Shown: positions 10,848 through 20,138 of the stretch, piece by piece
Position numbering within the stretch: the first letter of the stretch is position 1
Layout: every line of letters begins with the position of its first letter
Assembly (NCBI GenBank): GCA_900765095.1
Contig: CAAFRB010000012.1
Coordinates: 1,199-65,198, forward strand
Source: Clostridia bacterium
GTDB lineage: Bacteria > Bacillota > Clostridia > TANB77 > UBA1234
DNA length: 64,000 nt
Reading direction: 5' to 3'
Translations under genes and position numbers: made by a program
Notes under the pieces: generated by a model
What the model was told of the DNA's origin: nothing
The model's database searches: none
What the model saw: the letters and a program-made list of their open reading frames with translations, nothing else

Positions 10848-12575
10848 TTATTTTACCTCCCCACCATAAACTTTTTTAATTGCAATAGAATTAACTGTAA
10901 CTTTTTCATCTGATTTTTCATTTTTTAAAATTAGTTTTAAAAATGCAAATTTTTTAGCTTTTAATTTTATTCTAAAAGGTTTTACACTTCTTTGCGTATT
11001 GTATGTAAAATTGTCATAATTCCAATACCTATAATCAATACATCTATTTTCTATTTCTTTTTCATCAGAGCCAGCATCTCTATCGCTCACATAATTTACT
11101 ACTAAAGATGTTTTAGAATGAGGTTTTAGCGTTACCCACAAAATTCTCATTGTTTTTCTTCTTTCCTCTATTCCGAAATCATAATAACCACTTTGCCACT
11201 CCGCAGATATTCCTTCACCATTATACGTAGTTAGATTTTTATCAAATTCCATTATTTCGCCATTTTCTGTGCTCATGTATATAATTCCTTGGTATGAAAT
11301 TAAACTTGTAATTTTGCTAGGAATATTAAGCAAATAAAAGCACCCATTTTGATAATTGTATACCATTATTTCATTTTCAATTGCTAACCAATATTCTTTT
11401 TCTTCTTGATAATCTAAAGTTATAGATTTAGTCAAATCATGCTTGTTTAACCATTCTTGTATTTTGGTAGATATTATCTCGGCATTTCGCTCATCTTTAG
11501 TATTTGTCGATGTCCACTGGACGATTGAAGTATCGATTGTTGTTACATAGTTGTCCAAAACCTGTCCTTGATTATATGGTCTTGCTCCATGTGATTTGTT
11601 AAGAGGATATACTGGAAATGCTATAATGTTTTCTTCTGTGTTATCTGTAATTTGTTCATAAGTCGAATAATAAGTAGAATCTTCTTTATTTATAATCATT
11701 CTATCATATTGTCTTTGTATGTCTGTTACAGCCGTATTTGAGCTTCCTATGTCCATAAAATTATTACCAGGGAAATATGTTACATTAGGTATTCCATTTC
11801 CTAAGTCACTAAAATATATTCTATTTTTTGCATCTGCATTGCCATATAAAAAAACTCTTGTATCATCTGCAAGTCCATAAGTTTGAAAGTAATGATTTTT
11901 ATATACTAATTCTCTTTGCCCTGTTCCTTTTGTCCATTGTACTTCAATAGTATCCACTCCCTGAGTTGGAGCTGTTGAAAAAGTAATTGTGCCTTTTGTC
12001 AAATCTTTTGTTACTGTTGTTTCTACTCCATCAACTTTTACACTGTCTATGCTAGTCAAATTATTTTCTACTAATACAAATGTTTTCTCTGTTCCATCTG
12101 GGCTAAATGTTTGCCTCTTCTTGCCTGTTAGAACATTTATAGGCTCGTAATCCGTTCCAACTCCATTAGGTGTTGTAGCCACTTTGACTAATGGAATATA
12201 GCCTTCAACATCTTTAAATATTGTTCCATCCCATTCTTTATATTCATGACCATTTATAAAGTATAGTTTTTGGTTAAATTCAAATATTCTCGTAATATCG
12301 TCTGTTAATGAACCTAGTTCTGTATCTTCGTTATAAACTTTTCCACCACATACATATACGTGAACGATATTTTCTCCAAGCTTTCCTTTCCATTGTGCTC
12401 TTATAATGCCATCTTGTTTGAAGACTTCTTTATAACCATACATTTTATCTAATTTATTATCCTTTGTAATACGAAAATTAACCATCTTTCCACTTTCACC
12501 AAGCTTAAGTTGAGTGTCTCCTGTTTCGTTCATATTCAAACCTAGAAAGCTATTAATTGAAGTATTATCTGACAT
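10848..12575 (-). CDS. Phage structural protein (tail/adaptor-like), 575 aa
   Basis: Position in structural operon, tightly packed with neighbours. Confidence 0.45.
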   Translation of the reverse strand: MSDNTSINSFLGLNMNETGDTQLKLGESGKMVNFRITKDNKLDKMYGYKEVFKQDGIIRAQWKGKLGENIVHVYVCGGKVYNEDTELGSLTDDITRIFEFNQKLYFINGHEYKEWDGTIFKDVEGYIPLVKVATTPNGVGTDYEPINVLTGKKRQTFSPDGTEKTFVLVENNLTSIDSVKVDGVETTVTKDLTKGTITFSTAPTQGVDTIEVQWTKGTGQRELVYKNHYFQTYGLADDTRVFLYGNADAKNRIYFSDLGNGIPNVTYFPGNNFMDIGSSNTAVTDIQRQYDRMIINKEDSTYYSTYEQITDNTEENIIAFPVYPLNKSHGARPYNQGQVLDNYVTTIDTSIVQWTSTNTKDERNAEIISTKIQEWLNKHDLTKSITLDYQEEKEYWLAIENEIMVYNYQNGCFYLLNIPSKITSLISYQGIIYMSTENGEIMEFDKNLTTYNGEGISAEWQSGYYDFGIEERRKTMRILWVTLKPHSKTSLVVNYVSDRDAGSDEKEIENRCIDYRYWNYDNFTYNTQRSVKPFRIKLKAKKFAFLKLILKNEKSDEKVTVNSIAIKKVYGGEVK

Positions 12576-12577
12576 TT

Positions 12578-12997
12578 TTAATCACCCGCCCTAAATAAAG
12601 CACCATATACATCTTCTCTTGTTTCTTGTTTTGCTTTCTTTCTATATTGTTCTAAATTGTTATTCATTAATGAAGATGCTAAGGAACTAAAATAATTCGA
12701 AAGTGCAGTATCTTCTGTTAATAATAATCTTGCACATAATTCATAAACAACAATTGTTGCACAAATTGCATCATCGAGTTCAACCTCAGACTCCATCGTT
12801 TGTATTTCGTCTAAGAATCCTATCCCCAACTTCATACTAATATCATTTTGAATTGAAGTTAATATTCCAGGTGTTCTCGCTCTATAATCCTTAGTTGAAG
12901 TATTATCCATTTCAGGCTTTTCACCTTTTACCAGTTTTGCATCTTTCATCTCGTCAATGTGCGATAACGCAAATTTATATATTAATTCTGCTTTCAA
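12578..12997 (-). CDS. Putative head completion / head-tail adaptor protein, 139 aa
   Basis: Small gene immediately downstream of the capsid gene. Confidence 0.4.
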   Translation of the reverse strand: MKAELIYKFALSHIDEMKDAKLVKGEKPEMDNTSTKDYRARTPGILTSIQNDISMKLGIGFLDEIQTMESEVELDDAICATIVVYELCARLLLTEDTALSNYFSSLASSLMNNNLEQYRKKAKQETREDVYGALFRAGD

Positions 12998-13056
12998 CTT
13001 ATTTTAACCCCCTATCATATAAATTAAGGAGCAGGGGTTAGCCTGCTCCTACTATC

Positions 13057-14178
13057 TTATTTTTTTGCTAATGTACCGCCACCACTGATAAACACTTTTG
13101 CATCTTTAATCGCAACAATCATATAATGAGTATTTGTCGAGCCAGCAATATCAGTATCGTCTTTTGGTAAAGCTGTGTATCCTGTTAAAGAACCTTCTGC
13201 TGTACCTTCAGCTGGTGCTGTAATTGCAGAAGTATCAAATTTATATTTATATGTTAATGTTCCTTCATCACATAGATTTGGTCTAACAACTTTAAATCTT
13301 GTAGAACCAGTTGTTGTTTTAGAAGCTAAAGATTGTGATGTCAAACCTACACCGCTTGCTAAAATATATACTCCTTTTGGATTAGCATCTGATAAGAATA
13401 AATCATAAATAATTCTTCCTTCAACTAACCAACCATTGATTCCTGGAGGGTTATCATGAATTTTATAATCAGATAACGTTTTTGGTGTTGCACATACCTT
13501 AGGATGAATAAATAACATGTCTACACCTGCTGGAAAATATTTAGATGGTGCTTTTATAATTGCAACATCGTCAACATCTCCTATAGAACCATTAATTGAC
13601 ATTTTCTTACCAGCATCAACATATTTAGTAAATTCATCACATCTTTTTAATAGATTGTATTTACCTGGTTTTACATAGCATAATCTTCCCTTTGTTGGAA
13701 TAGAATCTTCGTCCATCATTTCCATTACTTCGCAGAACTTTTCATAAATATTCGTTTTTGTTAAAGAACCAGAAGTAATTACATTTCCTCTTAACTTAGC
13801 TAAAGTAGAAGCAACGTGAATGTTGTATCTATCTCTATTAGGAATACTTACATTCTTTAATTCTGCTGCTAATCTCTTACCTGCTTCTTTAATCATCATT
13901 TGCTCATTTCTATTTCCTCTATCAATAGTAAATGTAAATGATTTATCTTGAGTCATAGTTTTAGTATGAGTTTCATCTCCTAATTCTTCTGGAGTACCAT
14001 ATCTATTAGTACCACTTCTTGTATAATCATTTTCCTCAGCATCATCAATTTGATATACCACAACACTTTTTACACCCGTGATATCATAATCTGATCCACC
14101 CATTTTTCCTGTTAATTCTTCTTGTGTGAATTTTTCATCCACTTTCTTTTGATATTTCGTAGCTAAATTTACTGCCAT
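13057..14178 (-). CDS. Major capsid protein (putative), 373 aa
   Basis: Follows the scaffold gene in the canonical terS-terL-portal-scaffold-capsid order; size typical of an HK97-fold capsid protein. Confidence 0.6.
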   Translation of the reverse strand: MAVNLATKYQKKVDEKFTQEELTGKMGGSDYDITGVKSVVVYQIDDAEENDYTRSGTNRYGTPEELGDETHTKTMTQDKSFTFTIDRGNRNEQMMIKEAGKRLAAELKNVSIPNRDRYNIHVASTLAKLRGNVITSGSLTKTNIYEKFCEVMEMMDEDSIPTKGRLCYVKPGKYNLLKRCDEFTKYVDAGKKMSINGSIGDVDDVAIIKAPSKYFPAGVDMLFIHPKVCATPKTLSDYKIHDNPPGINGWLVEGRIIYDLFLSDANPKGVYILASGVGLTSQSLASKTTTGSTRFKVVRPNLCDEGTLTYKYKFDTSAITAPAEGTAEGSLTGYTALPKDDTDIAGSTNTHYMIVAIKDAKVFISGGGTLAKK

Positions 14179-14195
14179 TTAAAATTCCTCCTTTT

Positions 14196-15026
14196 TTAAA
14201 TAGAATCAAAACCGTCTAAAAAAGCATCCTTGCTCTGTTGTTCTGTCGAACTTCCATTTGAAGTCGGAGATACAACTGAGTTAGATGCATTGTTTTGGTT
14301 TTGTTCCATTTGTTTTATTTTTTCTTTTAAAATTTTGTTTTCATATTCTGCATATGCTGACTTTAAATTAGAATTTTTGGCATTTTCAAACACCTCTTTT
14401 GGTATCTTGTCGACTTCAATACCTGGATAAGCATTTAAAAATTCCTCATATTCTTTTTCTTTTTGAAGTTCTGCTTTTCTAGCCTCTTCCTTTTCATTTA
14501 ATTCTGCTTGCTGCCTTTTCAATGATTCTCTTAACGCTCTTGTTTCTATTACTTCTCTAGCAATATCTTCTGGAACACCATTTGACATCATAGATTGTAT
14601 TGCATTTTCGTTTTGAGCCTTTATTTGCTCTTCTTCATATTTCTTAACTTTTTCAATATATTGCTCTGGTGTCAAATTTGCCTTTTTAGCCATATCCGAG
14701 ACATAGTTCATTACTACATTTTCGGATTTTTCTTGCTTAGCTTTCAAATTGTCATAATTTAATCCTTTTTGATAAGTGTTAATTAAATCATCAATCTTAT
14801 CAATTTTTACATTTTCGCCATTATACTTGATTCCTTTATTGTTTAAGTAATCTAATAATTTCTTTTCTTCTGTTCCTCCTAGTTGCTCATTTGTAGGTAC
14901 AGTTTCCTCACTGGTTTGTTCAGTTCCTGTTCCTGCTTCTTCAACATTTTCTTGTTCTTCTGAAGTTGGTATATCTTCAAAATCACTTTCATCTAATTCA
15001 AAAATGTCTTCTTCATTTTCATTCAT
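14196..15026 (-). CDS. Scaffolding protein (acidic coiled-coil), 276 aa
   Basis: Highly acidic N-terminus and Glu/Lys-rich helical repeats; sits between portal and capsid. Confidence 0.6.
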   Translation of the reverse strand: MNENEEDIFELDESDFEDIPTSEEQENVEEAGTGTEQTSEETVPTNEQLGGTEEKKLLDYLNNKGIKYNGENVKIDKIDDLINTYQKGLNYDNLKAKQEKSENVVMNYVSDMAKKANLTPEQYIEKVKKYEEEQIKAQNENAIQSMMSNGVPEDIAREVIETRALRESLKRQQAELNEKEEARKAELQKEKEYEEFLNAYPGIEVDKIPKEVFENAKNSNLKSAYAEYENKILKEKIKQMEQNQNNASNSVVSPTSNGSSTEQQSKDAFLDGFDSI

Positions 15027-15123
15027 ATTAACCTTCTTTCTCCGACTATGGTTGGTCGGTGTGCCTTATATCTCCTTGGTTTATTTGATACTTGGCTAAA
15101 ATTTATATAAAAAAGACATCAGG

Positions 15124-15291
15124 TTATTTGCCTAATGCCTTTTCTATTTCACTCTGTTTTGCTTTTAGTTTTTTCTTTGCCTCTTCTAATCTTTGTTTAT
15201 CTTTATATATTTTTTGATATTCGATAAGAGTTCTAGCATCATCTTCTGCTCTCCACTCTTTTTCTTCTTTACTTATTGTACTTTTACTCAT
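15124..15291 (-). CDS. Small K/E-rich coiled-coil protein (55 aa), translationally coupled to portal stop (ATGA overlap)
   Basis: ORF MSKSTISKEEKEWRAEDDARTLIEYQKIYKDKQRLEEAKKKLKAKQSEIEKALGK, found by manual translation; it is below the ORF-track size cutoff. Confidence 0.35.
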   Translation of the reverse strand: MSKSTISKEEKEWRAEDDARTLIEYQKIYKDKQRLEEAKKKLKAKQSEIEKALGK

Positions 15292-16988
15292 GCAACTTTT
15301 CCCTCCATCATATCTAATATTGTTTTTTCCATCTGTCCTGGTGGCAAAGCTTTTATTTGTTCTTGTTGTTCTGGTGGTAAGCTTTCTAAAAACTGTGCCA
15401 TTTGCTCATACTGGTTCTGCTGTGCTTGCATGTCTTGTTGCATTTGAATTTGTTCTTTTAATTTTGTAAGTAGTTCTGCTTTCTTTGGAATTAGTTCGTT
15501 TGGTATTCTTTCTAAGTAATCAATAAATTCAATTCTATCTTGCTGCAATAAATTGTCTAATGTTTGTACTGCAGATATTTCTGAATAATACGATGTTTCT
15601 CCAACATCTATACTTGTTTTTAAATCCATACCTTGCAATTGATTAAAATTAAACATAACTAATTGCCTTGTACCATCTTCAGTCGTCATTAGAACTGGTC
15701 TACTACCGTATTTAACCGACATCATATCAATTAGTATCATGACTTCTTGTTCTATTAAGTCGTATAAATTATCTTTTATATTCGCAAGTGGTACTGCAGT
15801 ACTCTTTTGAACTGCAATAATTGCTGAGGTATTCTTTGGATCTATCTGACCAAGTGAGGCATCAGATACGCCTAAGCACTCTTTTGTATATTGAAATGCT
15901 AAATCAATAACTTTTATAATATAATCACTCATATTAGCAGGTTCTAAATATCCTGCAACATCTTTTATACTTCTGCCACTTTGTGCTAATCCTTTTAACC
16001 CAATAGCTGAGCCAATTTCATTATTCCAGCTAGCAAGCATATCTTTATCATACACAGCTGTCGGAAATGCTGTCATCATCTGATGATAGATAATCATTGC
16101 AAACATCTTATTGATAGCAATCTGATTAGGACATATACCTTCAACTTCACCACGACCATGGAATGTATTTTTCTGCTTGTACCAATTTGAAAATGCAACA
16201 GGATATCTTGTTAAGCCTGTATTAACATTTTCAAATATAATGGCATCCTTTGTGCATTTAGTAACATACACCTTATTGTCTTTCTTTTCATAAAAATAGA
16301 TATACAATGCTTTTCCCTCATCGTCTCCTTCAATGTCTATTTCCGTCTTTGCAAAGTCACTTACTTGGAAATCTGTATCATAATCTTCTTTAATATTTTC
16401 ATTTCTTGATTTTGCTTCTTTCTTTAGATTTTTAACAGTATCTCTACCAACAATAATAATCCATGGTTGTTTTTCCACATCTCTTATATTAGCGTTGCCA
16501 AAACCCACATTAGTTGCATCTATTGTTTCAATCTCGATTTCTCCCAATAAATCCTTATAACTTCTATAAGGTTTCTTATTAGGATTAAATATAGTATGAA
16601 AGCACATATCACCTGTTACTGCGCCATCTAATAAAACATCTTTTGTTTTTATTTTAATGTTACTCTTTTCAAAGATGTTCTTTATTTCTGCATTTAAGAA
16701 ATCGCTATTATCTAACTCCCCTTCTGGCTTTGATGTATATTCAAGTGGTTCAACATTTACCGCTATATCTGATGTAGTTAAACTCGCAATTTTAAACTCT
16801 ATTATTCTTTTAATAATATTAAAGACTGGGTGAGGTAGCTTTTGGTCACCCTCTAATCCAGTCCATTGGTCTCCATTATAAAAATCATTCCATACTTTTA
16901 CGCTTTCATAGTAATTTTTATTAGGTCTAAAAGCACTATTATATGCAACCATGCTCTCATACTTTTTCCAATAATCTTTAGCTTCCAT
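15288..16988 (-). CDS. Portal protein, 566 aa
   Basis: Large gene immediately downstream of terminase large subunit; acidic Q-rich C-terminus typical of portals. Confidence 0.7.
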   Translation of the reverse strand: MEAKDYWKKYESMVAYNSAFRPNKNYYESVKVWNDFYNGDQWTGLEGDQKLPHPVFNIIKRIIEFKIASLTTSDIAVNVEPLEYTSKPEGELDNSDFLNAEIKNIFEKSNIKIKTKDVLLDGAVTGDMCFHTIFNPNKKPYRSYKDLLGEIEIETIDATNVGFGNANIRDVEKQPWIIIVGRDTVKNLKKEAKSRNENIKEDYDTDFQVSDFAKTEIDIEGDDEGKALYIYFYEKKDNKVYVTKCTKDAIIFENVNTGLTRYPVAFSNWYKQKNTFHGRGEVEGICPNQIAINKMFAMIIYHQMMTAFPTAVYDKDMLASWNNEIGSAIGLKGLAQSGRSIKDVAGYLEPANMSDYIIKVIDLAFQYTKECLGVSDASLGQIDPKNTSAIIAVQKSTAVPLANIKDNLYDLIEQEVMILIDMMSVKYGSRPVLMTTEDGTRQLVMFNFNQLQGMDLKTSIDVGETSYYSEISAVQTLDNLLQQDRIEFIDYLERIPNELIPKKAELLTKLKEQIQMQQDMQAQQNQYEQMAQFLESLPPEQQEQIKALPPGQMEKTILDMMEGKVA

Positions 16989-16993
16989 CTATC

Positions 16994-17194
16994 TCACTTC
17001 CTTTTACTTTGAATTGCATCATCTATTGAATAATTCATCAACTTGTCAAATTCTTCTTTTCTCTCTTTTTGTTTTTTCACTTCTTCTGTTTCAAAATAAG
17101 TCTCTTTTTTAGGTTCTACCTTTTCAACCTTTATAGTTATAAAATCCTTAAAAATCAATATTAATAATAATAAAATAATCAAATAATCTATCAT
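16994..17194 (-). CDS. Small membrane-anchored hypothetical protein (66 aa)
   Basis: N-terminal TM segment ILLLLILIF; sits between terL and portal. Confidence 0.35.
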   Translation of the reverse strand: MIDYLIILLLLILIFKDFITIKVEKVEPKKETYFETEEVKKQKERKEEFDKLMNYSIDDAIQSKRK

Positions 17195-18843
17195 TAAAAC
17201 ACCCCATAATTAACATAGTTTCTATAATTTCTTTCTTCTCTTTCTTCCTCTTCTGTTTTTGAAAGAGGTTCTTTTTCTATTTCCATAGATTGTTGTGGTC
17301 TTATATAATGAGCTATTGCCATTGCCATAACTCTATCATCATGTTTGCCTTGCTCTGCTTCAGCCCTGCCTTGTTCATTTTTTATAAAAGATAATCCTTC
17401 TCTTAATAATTCTGCACTGTTTATTGTGTCTATATCATCTCTTATCACTTTAACTAATCCTGCTATTATAATCGGTCTTGTTATACTAGTTGTTTTAAAT
17501 CCTTTCTTTAACTGACACTTATGTGTTGTACTATCTTCTACTTGTCTTTGATATAGTTTCGGATATTCTAATCTTTCTAGTTCTTTCTCAGGATAAGTAG
17601 AAAAGTTTACTTCAACGCCAATTAAAGCCTGATTATAATACATACCTAAGCAGTACATTTGCCTTGCATATAAATCTTCATCGGTCTTATGTGATAATTC
17701 TGCGACCTGTTCTCCAGATATATTATCTAGAACTTCGCCGACAAAATTATCACTGCCATCCCCCGCAGTATCACCACCAATTACATACGGTCTTTTAAGT
17801 TCAACATCTTTATATATCTTAATAATTCCATTCTTATCATCTTGCCATCTAATATTAGTTATTTTTAACCCATCATAATCATATAAAAAAGAACCTCGTT
17901 TAATAGGTTCCTTTAAATTTTGCAATCTTTCAATTATTTTCTCTTTATCAAATACACAATTGCCTGAACTTAAGAAAGCTTCTTCAGGGCAACTTGGATA
18001 TTCTTGTTTAAATAAATCTATATCTCCACGGCAATTGTTTTGAATACACCATCTACGCCAAGCCAATTGCTCATTATTTAAATTGTATAATTTTTTTAAC
18101 TTTGTTTCTTCATCTGTTAGTTCAAATCCATTATAAGGTTTTCTATATTCGTCGAGTTCCCACCAAGCACAAAATACTGGTACAAATTCACTGTTACCTG
18201 CCACTGCATCGTCCCACATATCTTTAAAATCATCATAACCATTTGCTGTAGATTCAATAACTATCATTGTATCTATTGTATCGGGAACCGCTTGTAATAA
18301 ACCTATCAATGTTTCTTTTTTCTTTCCTCCCCAAAAGGCATATTCTGATATATGTAGATTTTGAAATGTATCTGAACGACCAACAGTTGTGTTGCCTGCC
18401 GTCATACATTTAATAATTCCTTTTAGACCTGTACCATTTGTGGTGTGCTCTGTGCATTTTTCATTATCAAATACTAACTCTTTTGCATTAGATTTTTTTA
18501 TCTGAGGTTTTAACTCTTCTGGCAAATTATCTAAATATCTTTTAGACATATTAAATAAATTATCTGTTGCTGAGGCTTCATGCGTTATAATACCACTTTT
18601 AATATTAAATGCTGTAACAGTTTTCTTAAATATTATGCCTTCTGTTACTGTACTAAACCCCATTTGTCTAGCTTTTAGTACAATTACTCTTTGAGGTTTA
18701 CCTTGTTTATATTGCTCTGCTAAAGCATTATACAATTTCATCTGTGGCTTATTTAATTTAAGAGGAATTATCTTTGCATTTTTATCTTGGATTTTTAAGT
18801 ATTTTTCTATGTACAGTTTGGTGTTAATACTCATCTCCACCAA
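17194..18843 (-). CDS. terL: Terminase large subunit
   Basis: N-terminal ATPase region VLKARQMGFSTVTEG (Walker A-like) and C-terminal acidic nuclease region VIGGDTAGDGSD; overlaps the end of the small terminase gene. Confidence 0.85.
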   Translation of the reverse strand: MVEMSINTKLYIEKYLKIQDKNAKIIPLKLNKPQMKLYNALAEQYKQGKPQRVIVLKARQMGFSTVTEGIIFKKTVTAFNIKSGIITHEASATDNLFNMSKRYLDNLPEELKPQIKKSNAKELVFDNEKCTEHTTNGTGLKGIIKCMTAGNTTVGRSDTFQNLHISEYAFWGGKKKETLIGLLQAVPDTIDTMIVIESTANGYDDFKDMWDDAVAGNSEFVPVFCAWWELDEYRKPYNGFELTDEETKLKKLYNLNNEQLAWRRWCIQNNCRGDIDLFKQEYPSCPEEAFLSSGNCVFDKEKIIERLQNLKEPIKRGSFLYDYDGLKITNIRWQDDKNGIIKIYKDVELKRPYVIGGDTAGDGSDNFVGEVLDNISGEQVAELSHKTDEDLYARQMYCLGMYYNQALIGVEVNFSTYPEKELERLEYPKLYQRQVEDSTTHKCQLKKGFKTTSITRPIIIAGLVKVIRDDIDTINSAELLREGLSFIKNEQGRAEAEQGKHDDRVMAMAIAHYIRPQQSMEIEKEPLSKTEEEEREERNYRNYVNYGVF

Positions 18844-19204
18844 CTGCCTTTAAACTTTCTTCATAATTAAATACATTAGCTTGAACTTTGTCTACTGGTT
18901 TTTCTCCTACAGTATCTCTAATAAATTGTACCGCTGTTGAATCTCCTAATTTTGCTTTTTCTATTTGTTTTACTAATATAGAAGTTTGATTTATTAAGTC
19001 CTCATCTTCTATTCCCAACTCTTTCATATGATTTATTAAAGCTTCATCTTTTTCTGGCAATGACAATATTGTTTTTAGCATTTCTTTCATCATCTTTTTT
19101 TCTTTCTGTACCCTTTGGCTCGCTTCTCCACCTTTTCTTGCTATCTCTTCTCTTTCTCGTGGTTCTCTCGAAGCTATCGGTATTAAATTTTGTTCGTTTG
19201 CCAT
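18824..19204 (-). CDS. terS: Terminase small subunit (putative)
   Basis: Small basic/acidic protein directly upstream of terL. The likely start is MANEQN at 19204, with RBS AAAGAGGTGAG. Confidence 0.55.
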   Translation of the reverse strand: MANEQNLIPIASREPREREEIARKGGEASQRVQKEKKMMKEMLKTILSLPEKDEALINHMKELGIEDEDLINQTSILVKQIEKAKLGDSTAVQFIRDTVGEKPVDKVQANVFNYEESLKAVGGDEY

Positions 19205-19308
19205 TGCTCTCACCTCTTTCACATTCTATTCTTTTAGTACAATCTTTACACTTGTGTTTCATACAATATTCAAAATCAGATATCGTATCACCTCTTAGGT
19301 TAATACAT

Positions 19309-19347
19309 ACAAAAAAGAGACTAGCCCTGCTCAACTAATCTCTTTGA
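19309..19347 (-). terminator. Rho-independent terminator between late regulator gene and terS
   Basis: On the minus strand: AAAGAGA stem, 18-nt loop, TCTCTTT stem, then TTTTTT. Confidence 0.5.
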
Positions 19348-19387
19348 GGAAATTTATTATTATCTTATGCTAACATATTAACACATT

Positions 19388-19807
19388 TTAATTTGCACTG
19401 TCTTTCACTTTTTTGCATAAATATAAAAATAATGCTTTTCCATGCATTTTAGTTATTGCACTATATGTATATCCCATTTTATCTGCTATTCTTTCAAAGT
19501 TTAATTCCTCTATGTATCTTCTATGAAGCAATGTTCTATACGGTTCTTCTACTCTATCAATCTTTTCTTCTATTTTTAACTTTTCTTGCTCTGCTAAAAT
19601 CCAGCGTTCTTCATATTGTCTTGCTATATCTGCCATTTTAACAGCATTATCCGCAACTTTATCGCTGTTGCTTGTCCCTCGTGGCATATCTGATATTATT
19701 GATGTCATCTTTTCGGCTCTTGTTTTATATTTCTGATATTCTTCTAAAGTTTCTTCAACCTTTTCTCTTGCATATTTATATTGTAATAATTCTTCCTTAG
19801 CTGTCAT
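19388..19807 (-). CDS. Sigma-70 region-4-like / ArpU-family late transcriptional regulator
   Basis: C-terminal HTH RRYIEELNFERIADKMGYTYSAITKMHGKAL resembling sigma region 4; immediately upstream of the packaging genes. Confidence 0.5.
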   Translation of the reverse strand: MTAKEELLQYKYAREKVEETLEEYQKYKTRAEKMTSIISDMPRGTSNSDKVADNAVKMADIARQYEERWILAEQEKLKIEEKIDRVEEPYRTLLHRRYIEELNFERIADKMGYTYSAITKMHGKALFLYLCKKVKDSAN

Positions 19808-19853
19808 ATTACACCTTCTTTCGTAAAATTTAATTTATTTCTTTACCACTAAA

Positions 19854-20126
19854 TCATTCTTTATAACAGGCGGTCCGTATTTTAAAATATTTTTCAGGCT
19901 TTTCTAACATTGCTTTTACGTCTTCACTGCTTAGCTCTATTTCTTTTGAAATACAATCTTTATATGTATCTACCGTATCATCTTGTAGTTCTTTAATTTC
20001 TTCTTCTACTTTTGCTATTTCTTCTCTTATATCTAAATCATCAGCATTACATGCTAATCTAGCATCCTGTGTTACATGTAGTGTTTCTAATCTCTCTTGT
20101 AATTTTTCTATACTATTTTCTTTCAT
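19854..20126 (-). CDS. Hypothetical phage protein (90 aa)
   Basis: ORF with RBS; acidic helical sequence. Confidence 0.4.
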   Translation of the reverse strand: MKENSIEKLQERLETLHVTQDARLACNADDLDIREEIAKVEEEIKELQDDTVDTYKDCISKEIELSSEDVKAMLEKPEKYFKIRTACYKE

Positions 20127-20138
20127 TTAAAACACCTC

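Noticed and set aside
19044-19338. Overlapping ORFs 19044..19334 (-) and 19060..19338 (+) at the terS 5' region
   Set aside because: Alternative frames of the terS start region and the terminator; the terS frame has the RBS and the sensible protein.
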